Origin: an uncultured Gemmatimonadales bacterium
GTDB lineage: Bacteria > Gemmatimonadota > Gemmatimonadetes > Gemmatimonadales > GWC2-71-9
Assembly: GCA_963817715.1 (NCBI GenBank)
Contig: CAWFPG010000009.1
Location: 203,133-267,132 of the forward strand
DNA: 64,000 nucleotides
Reading direction: 5' to 3'
A program made the position numbers and the translations under genes. Below the pieces are notes generated by a model. The model made no database searches. It was not told where the DNA came from and saw only the letters and a program-made list of their open reading frames with translations. Below, piece by piece: positions 41,216-49,919 of the stretch; position 1 is the first letter of the stretch, and each line of letters starts with the position of its first letter.

Positions 41216-41274
41216 CGGCCTCCACCATGCTGGCCGCTGCGACTTCCGACTGTCCCCCTGCTCGAGGACGTCCG

Positions 41275-44058
41275 ATGCCCTTCCTCCGCTCTCGCGTCGC
41301 GCTGCTGCTCCTCGCCGTGGCCCTGCCTGGTGCCGCCCTTGTCGCGCAGGCCTCCGGCGGCCTGGTGGGCATGGTGGCCGATGCCTCCACCAACGCTCCC
41401 ATCTCCGGGGTCGAGGTGCGACTCGACGGCGGGCGCTACCGCGCCACCACCGACCCCCGCGGCGAGTTCCGCTTCCGTGGCATCCCGGCCGGCCTCCACA
41501 CCCTGGCGGTGACGTGGCCCGGCTACCGGCCGGCCAGCCGCGACAGTGTGTTCGTGCGTGCCGGCGAGATCGTGCGGGTCGATGTGCGCCTCGCCCCGAC
41601 CGCGGTGCAATTGCAGGATCTCGTCGCCGTCGGAGTGCAGGACCCGGTGCTCGACCCGCTGGCGACCCAGACCGTGCAACGGATCAGCGAGGAGGATCTT
41701 CGCCGCCTTCCCGTGTCGTCGCTCGAGGACGCGATCGCGCTGCAGGCCGGCGTGGTGGGGGGATCGTACCGCGGCGGACGGGTGGGCCAATCGGCCTTCG
41801 TGCTCGATGGGCTCGGCCTCAAGAACCAGCTCAGCGCCTCGACCAACGGTCCGGCGATCCGGATTCCGCCCGACCTGATCACCGAGGCCCAGCTGGTCAC
41901 CAACGGTTTCAGTGCCAAGTACGGCCAGGCGCTGTCGGGCCTCGTCAATGTCACCACCCGCGATGGTGGCGACACCTGGCGTGGACGGCTCGCCTACGAG
42001 ACCGATCGACCGATGTCCGGCATCGCCGACCTCGGCCTCGACCGGATCGTGGCCGAAGCCGACGGTCCCCTGATCGGACGGGCAACGGTGGTCGGGGTGA
42101 TCGACCTCTCGGCGCGACTCGACTACGACGCGGTCAACGCGCCTGCGGCCAGCGACCCCCGTGATCCGCGCTTCGACACCCCGCGACCGCTGCCGCACAA
42201 CAGTGGCGAAAGCTGGACCGCCGGCGGCAAGCTGACCGTGCCCGCCGGCGACCGCGTGATCGGCCGCGTGTTCGGCCTGTTGAGCACCGAGCAGCAGTAT
42301 CTCTACGACCAGCGCTTCAAGTACGACCCCAACTTCGGGCCGGGTCGCCGGGTCGATGGCAAGCTCTTCTCGGGGCACCTCCAATTGCTCCCCGGCTCGA
42401 GCGCACACCCGGTGCTCGGTGACCTGCGAATCGGCTACTTCGACCGCGAGTTCATCCGCGGTGCCGTGGCACCACCCGACTATACCTTCGGGGCGTTCAC
42501 GGGGTCGCGCTTCGACATCCGTGGCGAGGCGCTCGCCAAGGCGCAGGACACTCTCAGCACCCGCAGTGCGATTGCCGGCTTCACGCCGCCGGAGTTTTCC
42601 GACCGCACCCCGTGGGGGGTGCCGGGGTTCTTTCTCGGTTCCGCCTCGAGCGGCGAGATCTCGTGGAACACCTTCACCGAGATGCGCGGCCAGCTCGACC
42701 TCAGCGTCGGCCTGGGGCAGAACGGTGACCTCTCCTTCGGCGGACTCTATGCGTCACAGGACGTGCAGACCTTCCAGCGGGTGCTCGCGGCGGAACCGGT
42801 GGGCGGCGACGTCCCGCCACCCACCGCCTCATCGTTCTCGCCACTGATCACCGGCGCCTATGTCGAGGCCCAGGCCCGGGCCAGCGATCTCGGCTTCACG
42901 ATCGGTGTGCGCTACGACGGCTTCGACCCCGGCGCCGATCTCAACAACGCCACCCTTGGCACCCGGACCTCGATCAATCCGCGCGCCGCGGTCTCGACGG
43001 TCCTCAACGGGGCCACCGTCGTCGGCAGCATCGGCCGCTTCTCCCAGCCGCCGGACCTGCAATACCTGGTCGACGCGGCATTCGACGACACGACGCGCAC
43101 CGGCCGCTTCCGGCAGGGGAATCCCGATCTCGGCTTCGAACAGGGCACGCAGTTCGAGCTCTCGGGCCGGATCCGGGTCCGGGAGAAGACCTCGCTCAAG
43201 CTCAATGTCTACACCAAGAACCTCGAGGGACTGGTGGCCACCGCGCCGCTGGGGGTGAACCCCGACTCGAGCCAATTCGTCAACGCCGATGTCGGCAACG
43301 TGATCGGTGCCGAGATCATCTTCGAGCGCGAGCGAGTCGACGGCTGGGGCAGCCGCCTGGCGATGGTGGTTCAGCGCGCGGAGGGCACGGTCACCGACGC
43401 GTTTCAGCTCAACCGCCTGGTCCGGATCGACCCCAACACCGGCGACACGCTGGCCGCCCCGGCGCGGGCCCAGTTCCCGCTCGACTTCGACCGGCGCCTG
43501 GCGCTGATCGCGACCTTCGATGGTGAACTCCACGAACGGGCCGGCCCCACCATCCTGGGTGGCCACCCGTTCGGCTCGGTGCTCGCCTCGGCGGTGTTGC
43601 GCTACGGCACCGGCCTGCCGTTCTCCCGCACCGACATCTCCGGCGACTCGCTGGCAGCGGAACCGAACGGCTCCCGGCTGCCGTCGCAATGGACCCTCGA
43701 CATGCTGCTCCGCAAGCCGATCCGGCTGGGCCGGTTCCGTGGCGGCCTCTACCTCGACGTGCGCAACGTCGCGAACGTCCGCAATGTCCTGTCGGTGCGT
43801 CGCGACACCGGCAATCCCAACGCCTCGGAGACCTATCTCAACACCATCGCCGAGCAGGCCTATCAGGCCAATCCGCAAACGATCCCGTTCGAGTCACCCC
43901 GCTACCGGCGTTTCGGCGACCTCAACGGTGACGGCCGGATCGCGGGCCACGACGAACTCTTCCCGCTCTACCTCGCCGCGGCACGGGATTACAGCCAGCC
44001 CTTGTTCGTCTATGGTCCCCCACGCCAGATTCGTTTCGGCATGGAGCTCCTCTTCTGA
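41275..44058 (+). CDS. TonB-dependent receptor with N-terminal carboxypeptidase-regulatory-like domain
   Basis: GMVADAST.APISGVEV, plug region TNGFSAKYGQALSGLVNVTTR, GVRYDGF, QGNPDL, C-terminal PRQIRFGMELLF. Confidence 0.9.
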   Translation: MPFLRSRVALLLLAVALPGAALVAQASGGLVGMVADASTNAPISGVEVRLDGGRYRATTDPRGEFRFRGIPAGLHTLAVTWPGYRPASRDSVFVRAGEIVRVDVRLAPTAVQLQDLVAVGVQDPVLDPLATQTVQRISEEDLRRLPVSSLEDAIALQAGVVGGSYRGGRVGQSAFVLDGLGLKNQLSASTNGPAIRIPPDLITEAQLVTNGFSAKYGQALSGLVNVTTRDGGDTWRGRLAYETDRPMSGIADLGLDRIVAEADGPLIGRATVVGVIDLSARLDYDAVNAPAASDPRDPRFDTPRPLPHNSGESWTAGGKLTVPAGDRVIGRVFGLLSTEQQYLYDQRFKYDPNFGPGRRVDGKLFSGHLQLLPGSSAHPVLGDLRIGYFDREFIRGAVAPPDYTFGAFTGSRFDIRGEALAKAQDTLSTRSAIAGFTPPEFSDRTPWGVPGFFLGSASSGEISWNTFTEMRGQLDLSVGLGQNGDLSFGGLYASQDVQTFQRVLAAEPVGGDVPPPTASSFSPLITGAYVEAQARASDLGFTIGVRYDGFDPGADLNNATLGTRTSINPRAAVSTVLNGATVVGSIGRFSQPPDLQYLVDAAFDDTTRTGRFRQGNPDLGFEQGTQFELSGRIRVREKTSLKLNVYTKNLEGLVATAPLGVNPDSSQFVNADVGNVIGAEIIFERERVDGWGSRLAMVVQRAEGTVTDAFQLNRLVRIDPNTGDTLAAPARAQFPLDFDRRLALIATFDGELHERAGPTILGGHPFGSVLASAVLRYGTGLPFSRTDISGDSLAAEPNGSRLPSQWTLDMLLRKPIRLGRFRGGLYLDVRNVANVRNVLSVRRDTGNPNASETYLNTIAEQAYQANPQTIPFESPRYRRFGDLNGDGRIAGHDELFPLYLAAARDYSQPLFVYGPPRQIRFGMELLF

Positions 44059-44417
44059 ACGCGATTCTCGCTGCGATCGGTCTCGGTGCCGGTGTGCTCT
44101 CGGGCCTCTTCGGCATCGGGGGCGGCGTGGTGATCGTGGCGGCGCTGGTGGGACTCGCCAAATTCCCGATCCACAAGGCGACCGGCACCTCGCTGGTCGC
44201 CCTGCTGCTGCCGGTCGGGCTGCTTGGTGTGGCGGAGTACTGGCGTGCCGGGCACGTCGACCTCAGGGCGGGTGGGATCATCGCCGTGGGGCTCTTCCTC
44301 GGCGCGTGGTTCGGCGCCAAGCTCGCCCAGCACGTCAACAGCACCACGATGCAGCGCGGCTTCGCGATCTTCCTGGTCGTGATCGCCGTGCGGATGTGGA
44401 TCGAAGCCGGCCGCTGA
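44055..44417 (+). CDS. TauE/SafE (TSUP) family protein, half-size
   Basis: GVLSGLFGIGGGVVIV, ATGTSL, GAWFGAKLA; start inferred at CTG overlapping the upstream TGA. Confidence 0.85.
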   Translation: MNAILAAIGLGAGVLSGLFGIGGGVVIVAALVGLAKFPIHKATGTSLVALLLPVGLLGVAEYWRAGHVDLRAGGIIAVGLFLGAWFGAKLAQHVNSTTMQRGFAIFLVVIAVRMWIEAGR

Positions 44418-44493
44418 CGCACATCAGCCCGTTCTCGGGCCCTCCTGCAGGTCTGCACAGCCCCCGCTGAGTCGTCACCCCACCGAGGCCTCG

Positions 44494-45333
44494 ATGGCAC
44501 GCACGATCACCCCACGACGGCTCTTCCCGATCGTCGCCCTCGCGGTGGCTGCCTGCAGTGCGCCGCAGGCTCCGGTCGCTGAGGCCGCCACCGACAGCAT
44601 CCCGGCCTACACGCTGGCGCCGATTCCCGACGGACCGATCGGCGTCAGCATTCGTCGGGGCGAGGCGATCCTCCGCTACACCGCCGACTCATTGCCCGAC
44701 CATGTCGGCAACGACCTGACCTGCTTTTCCTGTCACCTCGACAAGGGCATGCGTCCCGATGGCAATCCGTTGGTCGGCACCTATGGCCGCTTCCCGCAGT
44801 ACAACGGCCGAGCCGCCCGGGTCTTCACCATCGAGGACCGGATCAATGGCTGCCTGCAGCGATCGATGAACGGCACGCCGATGGCACCCGACGACCCCAG
44901 GATGCGCGACATGGTGGCCTGGCTGGCGCACGCCAGCCACGGGATCCCCGGCGGCTCCAAGGTGCCCGGGCAAGGCGTGCCCAGGCCAACCGCGCTCCAG
45001 GGTGACACGGTGGCCGGAGCCCAGGTCTGGGCCACCGTCTGTGCGCGATGCCACGGTCCCGATGGACAGGGCAGCCCACTCGCCCCACCGGTGTGGGGAC
45101 CGCGCTCGTTCAACATCGGCGCCGGGATGGCGCGGATTCGGACGGCGGCGGGCTTCATTCGCCACAACATGCCGTTCGACCTGCCCGGCACGCTCACCGA
45201 CACCCAGGCGCTCGACGTGGCCGCCTACGTCACCTCGCGCCCCCGCCCCGACCTCCCAGGCAAGGAGCACGACTGGCCCAATGGTGGCGCGCCCGAGGAC
45301 GCCGCCTATCCGGTGCTGTCGATGAAACCCTGA
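44494..45333 (+). CDS. Diheme c-type cytochrome, thiosulfate dehydrogenase TsdA-like lipoprotein
   Basis: Lipobox VAAC; CFSCH and CARCH; RINGCLQRSMNG; PPVWG..SFNIGAGM; HNMP. Confidence 0.85.
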   Translation: MARTITPRRLFPIVALAVAACSAPQAPVAEAATDSIPAYTLAPIPDGPIGVSIRRGEAILRYTADSLPDHVGNDLTCFSCHLDKGMRPDGNPLVGTYGRFPQYNGRAARVFTIEDRINGCLQRSMNGTPMAPDDPRMRDMVAWLAHASHGIPGGSKVPGQGVPRPTALQGDTVAGAQVWATVCARCHGPDGQGSPLAPPVWGPRSFNIGAGMARIRTAAGFIRHNMPFDLPGTLTDTQALDVAAYVTSRPRPDLPGKEHDWPNGGAPEDAAYPVLSMKP

Positions 45334-45455
45334 AGGCGAAACGCCTGACGCTCAAGGCTGAACGCTTGACGCGGAAGGCTGGACGGAGGGCCCGACCCTT
45401 GGCGTTCAGCGCTAAAGATCAACCGTTGAGCGTTAAGCGTTGGACGTTGAGCCTC
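45333..45455. repeat. 8+8 heptamer inverted array (AAGGCTG/AACGCTN vs NAGCGTT)
   Basis: aaggcga aacgcct gacgctc aaggctg aacgctt gacgcgg aaggctg gacggag ... tggcgtt cagcgct aaagatc aaccgtt gagcgtt aagcgtt ggacgtt gagcctc. Confidence 0.85.
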
Positions 45456-46332
45456 TCGTCCGTTCCGCCACCTCCGCATTCGTCATCGCCCCCAGCGGCA
45501 GCGCCAGCAGCGCGCCAATCCGCAGGTCAAGTTCCGCCGCCGTGGCCGTGAACGCCGCCATGCACTCCGCGCGGTCGCCCTGCACCGCCGCGGGGTCGGG
45601 CAGTCCCCAATGCACCATCAACCGACCGGGCACCACCGGGCACGCCTCCTGGGCGTCGTCGCAGACCGTGATCACCAGGTCCCAGTCGCCGCCGACCTCG
45701 TCCAGCGACTTGCTGCGATGGCCAGCCCAGTCGATGCCGAGGCCAGCCAGTGCGTCCACCGCGAGCGGGTGGGGACCAGGGCCGGGAGCAGTTCCGGCGC
45801 TGGCGGCCCGGATCAAGTCACCACCTCGGTGTCGCAACAGCGCCTCCGCAATCTGGCTGCGGGCACTGTTCGCGGTGCAGATCACCAGGATGCCGAGCGG
45901 AGCCACGCGACGGACCATCACGGTGGCAGTGGCCGGGCAGGCCTCGCTGAATTCATGGCTGGTGCGGATCGCCTCAGGCACCTGATCGCGGGAGACCGGG
46001 CGAAAGCCGAAGTGCTCGAAGAACCCCTCGGCGCCCTCGGTGAGCAACCAGAGCGACGTCACTCCGCCTTCGCGCGCCTGATCGAGCAGCCGGGCCACGA
46101 GGCGTTGCCCAAGCCCCGCACCGCGCCCTGCCCGGGCGACGGCGAGCGAGCGGAGCAAGGCCACATCGCCGCGCCGCTCGAGCCCGCCGACCCCGACCAC
46201 CTCCCCTGACCGGTCGGCGACCACGAGGCCGTCGAGGGCCGCCTCAACGCCGCCCAGCGGCAGCGCCTCGCCCCGCAGGAGCAGCTTGATGGCGGGAAGG
46301 TCGGTGGACTGGGCGCGGCGCAGGGTGATCAT
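45433..46332 (-). CDS. Fusion of ArsN2-type GNAT and LMW-PTP-type arsenate reductase ArsC
   Basis: ALLRSLAV...RGAGLG...LWLLT..AEGFF...S.EFSEACPATATVM, then ICTANSARSQIAE, VITVCDDAQEACP, HWGLPDP. Confidence 0.88.
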   Translation of the reverse strand: MITLRRAQSTDLPAIKLLLRGEALPLGGVEAALDGLVVADRSGEVVGVGGLERRGDVALLRSLAVARAGRGAGLGQRLVARLLDQAREGGVTSLWLLTEGAEGFFEHFGFRPVSRDQVPEAIRTSHEFSEACPATATVMVRRVAPLGILVICTANSARSQIAEALLRHRGGDLIRAASAGTAPGPGPHPLAVDALAGLGIDWAGHRSKSLDEVGGDWDLVITVCDDAQEACPVVPGRLMVHWGLPDPAAVQGDRAECMAAFTATAAELDLRIGALLALPLGAMTNAEVAERTRGSTSNA

Positions 46333-46359
46333 CGGGATCCCGGAGGCTGAGGTCGGCGA

Positions 46360-46387
46360 ATTATATCAAGAAATATTGATATGCCAA
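46360..46387 (-). promoter_or_regulatory. Extended -10 promoter overlapped by an ArsR-type operator ATATCAA-N6-TTGATAT
   Basis: Palindrome at 46363-46382; minus strand reads TTGGCA-N16-TATAAT with TGn before the -10. Confidence 0.8.
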
Positions 46388-46462
46388 CTCCACCGTCACC
46401 CCCTGATGCGCCAACCCGAGCCGAACGAGCCGGGACCCGGCGCTGGAAACAGCCCCGCAGAT

Positions 46463-46504
46463 CCCGGCTCTCCGTCCTCCGTTCTCCGGTCTCCGGTCTG
46501 GGTC
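46463..46504. repeat. Heptamer array (CTCCGKY) after the POT transporter stop
   Basis: cccggct ctccgtc ctccgtt ctccggt ctccggt ctgggtc; degenerate purine-rich counterpart at about 46415-46450. Confidence 0.8.
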
Positions 46505-48043
46505 CTACTGCTGCGACGTCTCCCGCATCATCCGGCGGATCGGCACGATCATCAGCGCCAGGATCAGTGCCGAGCCGAAGAGGAAGCCCGCCGTCATGGT
46601 GAACAGCTGGGGCATCTGCTCGAGCTTCTCGGGGTCGACCCGTCCGCCGACCAGTCCCGCGATCAGGTTGCCGACCGCGGCGGCCAGGAACCAGATCCCC
46701 ATCATCTGACCCAGGTACTTCCGGGGCGACAGCTTGGTCATCGACGAGAGCCCGACCGGCGACAGCGACAGCTCACCGATGGTCTGGAAGAAGTAGCTCC
46801 CGACCAGCCACCATGGCGCCACGAGCAGCGCTCCGTTGGCGGCGACGACCTTGTTGGCGGCGAAGACCATCAGCGCGAAGCCGACACCGGCGAACGCCAG
46901 GCCCATGCTGAACTTGGCGGGACTCGACAGGTCGCCCGGCCCCTTCGAGAGGGCGATCCACACCGCCCCGGCCACCGGTGCCAGCACGATGATGAAGAAG
47001 GAGTTGATCGACTGGAACCAGAGGGCCGGCATCTGCCAGCCGAAGATCGTCCGGTCGGTGAAGTCGCGGGCGAAGAGGTTGAGCGAGGTCGGCGCCTGCT
47101 CGAAGGCCGCCCAGAAGATCGACGCGAACACGAAGAGCACCAGGATGACGAACACCCGCTTCATGTCGTCGCGGTCGAGCCCGCCGAAGAGGAAGACGTA
47201 GCCGAAGAAGGCCACCGCGATCGCGAGGAGCACGACGACGTAGCTCTCGCCGACCGCCTGGGGATCGATGGTGAACAGTCCCGCCGCGCCGGCAAGGAAG
47301 ACCGCGACGAGGATCGCCACCATCGCGACCACTCCCGTCTTGACCCGGCGCTCCCGGGTGGCCTGCACCGCGGGGTCGGGGTCGCGCACGATGTCCAGCC
47401 CGAGATCGCCCAGGGTGCGCGGCGCGAAGTACCGGAACGACACCAGGCCAAGGAACATGCCGAAGCCGGCGATGCCGAAGCCCCAGTGCCAGCCGATCTT
47501 CTCACCCAGCAGGCCGGTGGCGAGCTGGCCCAGCATCGCGCCGGTATTGATTCCCATGTAGAAGATCGAGAACCCGGCGTCGCGCCGGGCACCGCTCTCG
47601 GGATAGAGGTCACCGACGATCGCCGAGATGTTCGGCTTCAAGAGGCCGGTGCCGATCACGATCAGCACCAGGCCGAGGAAGAAGACGCTCCTGCCGGCCC
47701 GGCCGTCGCCGGCGAAGCCCGAGAGGCCGATCGACAGGTGGCCCAACGTGATCAGCAGGGCGCCGGTGGAGATCGCCCGTCGCAAGCCGAGCCAATGGTC
47801 GGCGATCCAGCCACCCGGCAGCGACGAGAGGTAGACCGACGCGGAGTAGATCCCGACGATTGCCGCCGCCTGGGTCCGTTCGAAGCCGAACCCGCCGTCG
47901 AGCAGCGCGGCCGACATGAAGAGGATCAGCAGCGGCCGGATCCCGTAGAAGGAGAACCGCTCCCACATCTCCGTCAGGAAGAGGGTGCGGAGTCCGACCG
48001 GGTGGCCGAAGAATCCCGTCCTGGGTGCCTGGTTCACGCTCAC
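46505..48043 (-). CDS. POT/PTR family proton-dependent oligopeptide MFS transporter
   Basis: FFGHP.GL, EMWERFSFYG, GTGLLKPN, FYMGINTG, FQSIN, GELSLSPVG. Confidence 0.95.
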   Translation of the reverse strand: MSVNQAPRTGFFGHPVGLRTLFLTEMWERFSFYGIRPLLILFMSAALLDGGFGFERTQAAAIVGIYSASVYLSSLPGGWIADHWLGLRRAISTGALLITLGHLSIGLSGFAGDGRAGRSVFFLGLVLIVIGTGLLKPNISAIVGDLYPESGARRDAGFSIFYMGINTGAMLGQLATGLLGEKIGWHWGFGIAGFGMFLGLVSFRYFAPRTLGDLGLDIVRDPDPAVQATRERRVKTGVVAMVAILVAVFLAGAAGLFTIDPQAVGESYVVVLLAIAVAFFGYVFLFGGLDRDDMKRVFVILVLFVFASIFWAAFEQAPTSLNLFARDFTDRTIFGWQMPALWFQSINSFFIIVLAPVAGAVWIALSKGPGDLSSPAKFSMGLAFAGVGFALMVFAANKVVAANGALLVAPWWLVGSYFFQTIGELSLSPVGLSSMTKLSPRKYLGQMMGIWFLAAAVGNLIAGLVGGRVDPEKLEQMPQLFTMTAGFLFGSALILALMIVPIRRMMRETSQQ

Positions 48044-48570
48044 TCCCGTCCGAGTTTTTTCTTGAGCATCTCGAGTTGGGCATCGACCGCGGCCTCGCGG
48101 GCCTGGCGGTCGAGCCGCGGGTCGTCGGGGGTCGTGCCGCTGCCGTCGTCATCCGCGAGGCGCTCGCGCACCGGCTCGCTCGGCAACCCGTGGGTCGCCC
48201 GGCGAAAGCGCTCGTGGGTGTCCTCCATCTCGCGCTCGGCGATCACCAACTCGTCGCGCAGGACGATCACCTTGCGTTCCAGCAGGTCGACCCGTTGCCG
48301 GGTCCTCGTCACGAACTCCTCGGCCACCCGCACCGTCTCGGCATCCTCGATCTCGGCCGCCAGTCGGCCCCGGCGCTCGTAGTCGACCAGCTCGCGGCGG
48401 GTCCGGTCCAGGTCGGTCTCGGTTCGGGCCAGCCCCTCGCGCAGCTGGTCGACCGCGACCCGGAACTCGATCAGCGCTTCGCGCAGGGCACCGGCCTGCT
48501 CCCTGGTGGAGCCGGACGGACGCTGGGCAAAGAGCCGGTCGAGGTGGGCCTTGATGTCGTCGAAGCTCAT
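48040..48570 (-). CDS. PspA/IM30-like coiled-coil protein
   Basis: All-helical; RRGRLAAEIEDAETVRVA; C-terminal VDAQLEMLKKKLG. Confidence 0.6.
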   Translation of the reverse strand: MSFDDIKAHLDRLFAQRPSGSTREQAGALREALIEFRVAVDQLREGLARTETDLDRTRRELVDYERRGRLAAEIEDAETVRVAEEFVTRTRQRVDLLERKVIVLRDELVIAEREMEDTHERFRRATHGLPSEPVRERLADDDGSGTTPDDPRLDRQAREAAVDAQLEMLKKKLGRE

Positions 48571-48687
48571 CCGTAGGAGGGCATGCGGGTGTGGTGGGAC
48601 CGACAATGGTAGGTCGCCGTGGCCCAAGCGGTCAAGCAAGCCGCTGGCGGGGGTAGATTTCGGTCCCAGTCCCCGACGGAGGCTTCG

Positions 48688-49164
48688 ATGGGAAGGATTC
48701 AGCTACCCGCCGTCGCCCTGGCCCTGGCGGTAGCCGCCTGCGGCGGGGGTGACCGACCCTCGCCGGCATGTGGCATCGCGGCGCTCACCGGCCCGCTGGT
48801 GGCACTCGAGGGGTTCGCGCGCGGCGACGGCCTCGCCGTGGCTCCGATGGTCCCGGACACCCTGCCGGGCCGATTCGTCGCCGGCCCGGTGACCAGGGTG
48901 CTGATGAGCCGAAACGACTCGGCCCGACTGGTGGCCTCGGTCGAGGGGACCGCGCCGGAGCAGGCCCGGCCTGGCTACGGGGTGCTGCTCGTCGATCAGG
49001 CGGATGGCCCGAAGGGGATCCTGGTCTTCGATGGCCAGCCGGTCCGCGGCGCGATCACCCTGGGCACCATCGATGTCGGTGACACGATCCTGCCGCTCTA
49101 TGGCCTCCGGGTCACCGCGGCGACGATCGAGGATCCCCGCTGTCCGCTCTTCGGCCCCGAGTGA
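48688..49164 (+). CDS. Hypothetical lipoprotein
   Basis: GGAGG RBS; lipobox VAAC; two further Cys. Confidence 0.7.
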   Translation: MGRIQLPAVALALAVAACGGGDRPSPACGIAALTGPLVALEGFARGDGLAVAPMVPDTLPGRFVAGPVTRVLMSRNDSARLVASVEGTAPEQARPGYGVLLVDQADGPKGILVFDGQPVRGAITLGTIDVGDTILPLYGLRVTAATIEDPRCPLFGPE

Positions 49165-49173
49165 CTCGGGGCC
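49153..49173. terminator. Palindrome at the convergent gene junction
   Basis: GGCCCCGAGT-g-ACTCGGGGCC. Confidence 0.4.
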
Positions 49174-49890
49174 TCACGCCGCATCGCGTCGCAGGTCACG
49201 CAGCATCCGGTCGGGCGTGACAACCTGCGGGAAGAACACCAGGTCACTCAGTCGGTTGAGGGTCGACCGGAGCGCCGGGAATCGCTCGGCCGCTGTCGCC
49301 AGCAGGCCGTCGAGTCCCGCCGCGTTGGCCATGGCATGACTGCTGGCCACGGCGAATCCCCGTCGGCCGAGTTGGTCGTAGTAGCTGACATCGGGTCCGC
49401 CGCGACGCGCGTGGCGGGCGGCGATCCGGTCGGGAAAGAGCCCGGCCAGCCAGAGGGCGTAGTTGCCGAGGTGCACCGTCACGAGGAACCGGTCGGGACC
49501 GTCGCTCGCCTCGATCGTGGCGAGCAGGCCGGTGAGGTAGTCGTGCGCCACACCGTCGCCCACGGTCACGTGGCGGGCACGGTCACCCTGGCCGAAGTCG
49601 AGCAGCAGGGCGGCGAGGTAGTCGGCCAGCTCGATGTCGGCCAGGCCGCTGTCGAGGAGATGGCGACGCACCAGCACGTAGATGAACAGCGCCGGCGACG
49701 GCGCGATGATCGTCCGAGCCGCGAGCAGACGCTCGAGGAGCCCGGGATGGTCGAGAAGCGCATCGGGCCCCTCGCGCTCGAGACGGCATTCGAGGTCGGC
49801 ACGGCGAGTGGCATTGCCGGCGGCAAGGACGATCAGGACGAGCTGCAGATCGGCCTCGCGCAGTCGGCTGCGAGCATTGGCACGAATCAT
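49174..49890 (-). CDS. Conserved hypothetical protein
   Basis: Typical codon usage; S..LFIYVLVRR, ADYLA.LL.DF, HLGNYALWLAGLFPD. Confidence 0.75.
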   Translation of the reverse strand: MIRANARSRLREADLQLVLIVLAAGNATRRADLECRLEREGPDALLDHPGLLERLLAARTIIAPSPALFIYVLVRRHLLDSGLADIELADYLAALLLDFGQGDRARHVTVGDGVAHDYLTGLLATIEASDGPDRFLVTVHLGNYALWLAGLFPDRIAARHARRGGPDVSYYDQLGRRGFAVASSHAMANAAGLDGLLATAAERFPALRSTLNRLSDLVFFPQVVTPDRMLRDLRRDAA

Positions 49891-49919
49891 GGCTGGTTCC
49901 CGAAAGGACGTTCAGGCTG

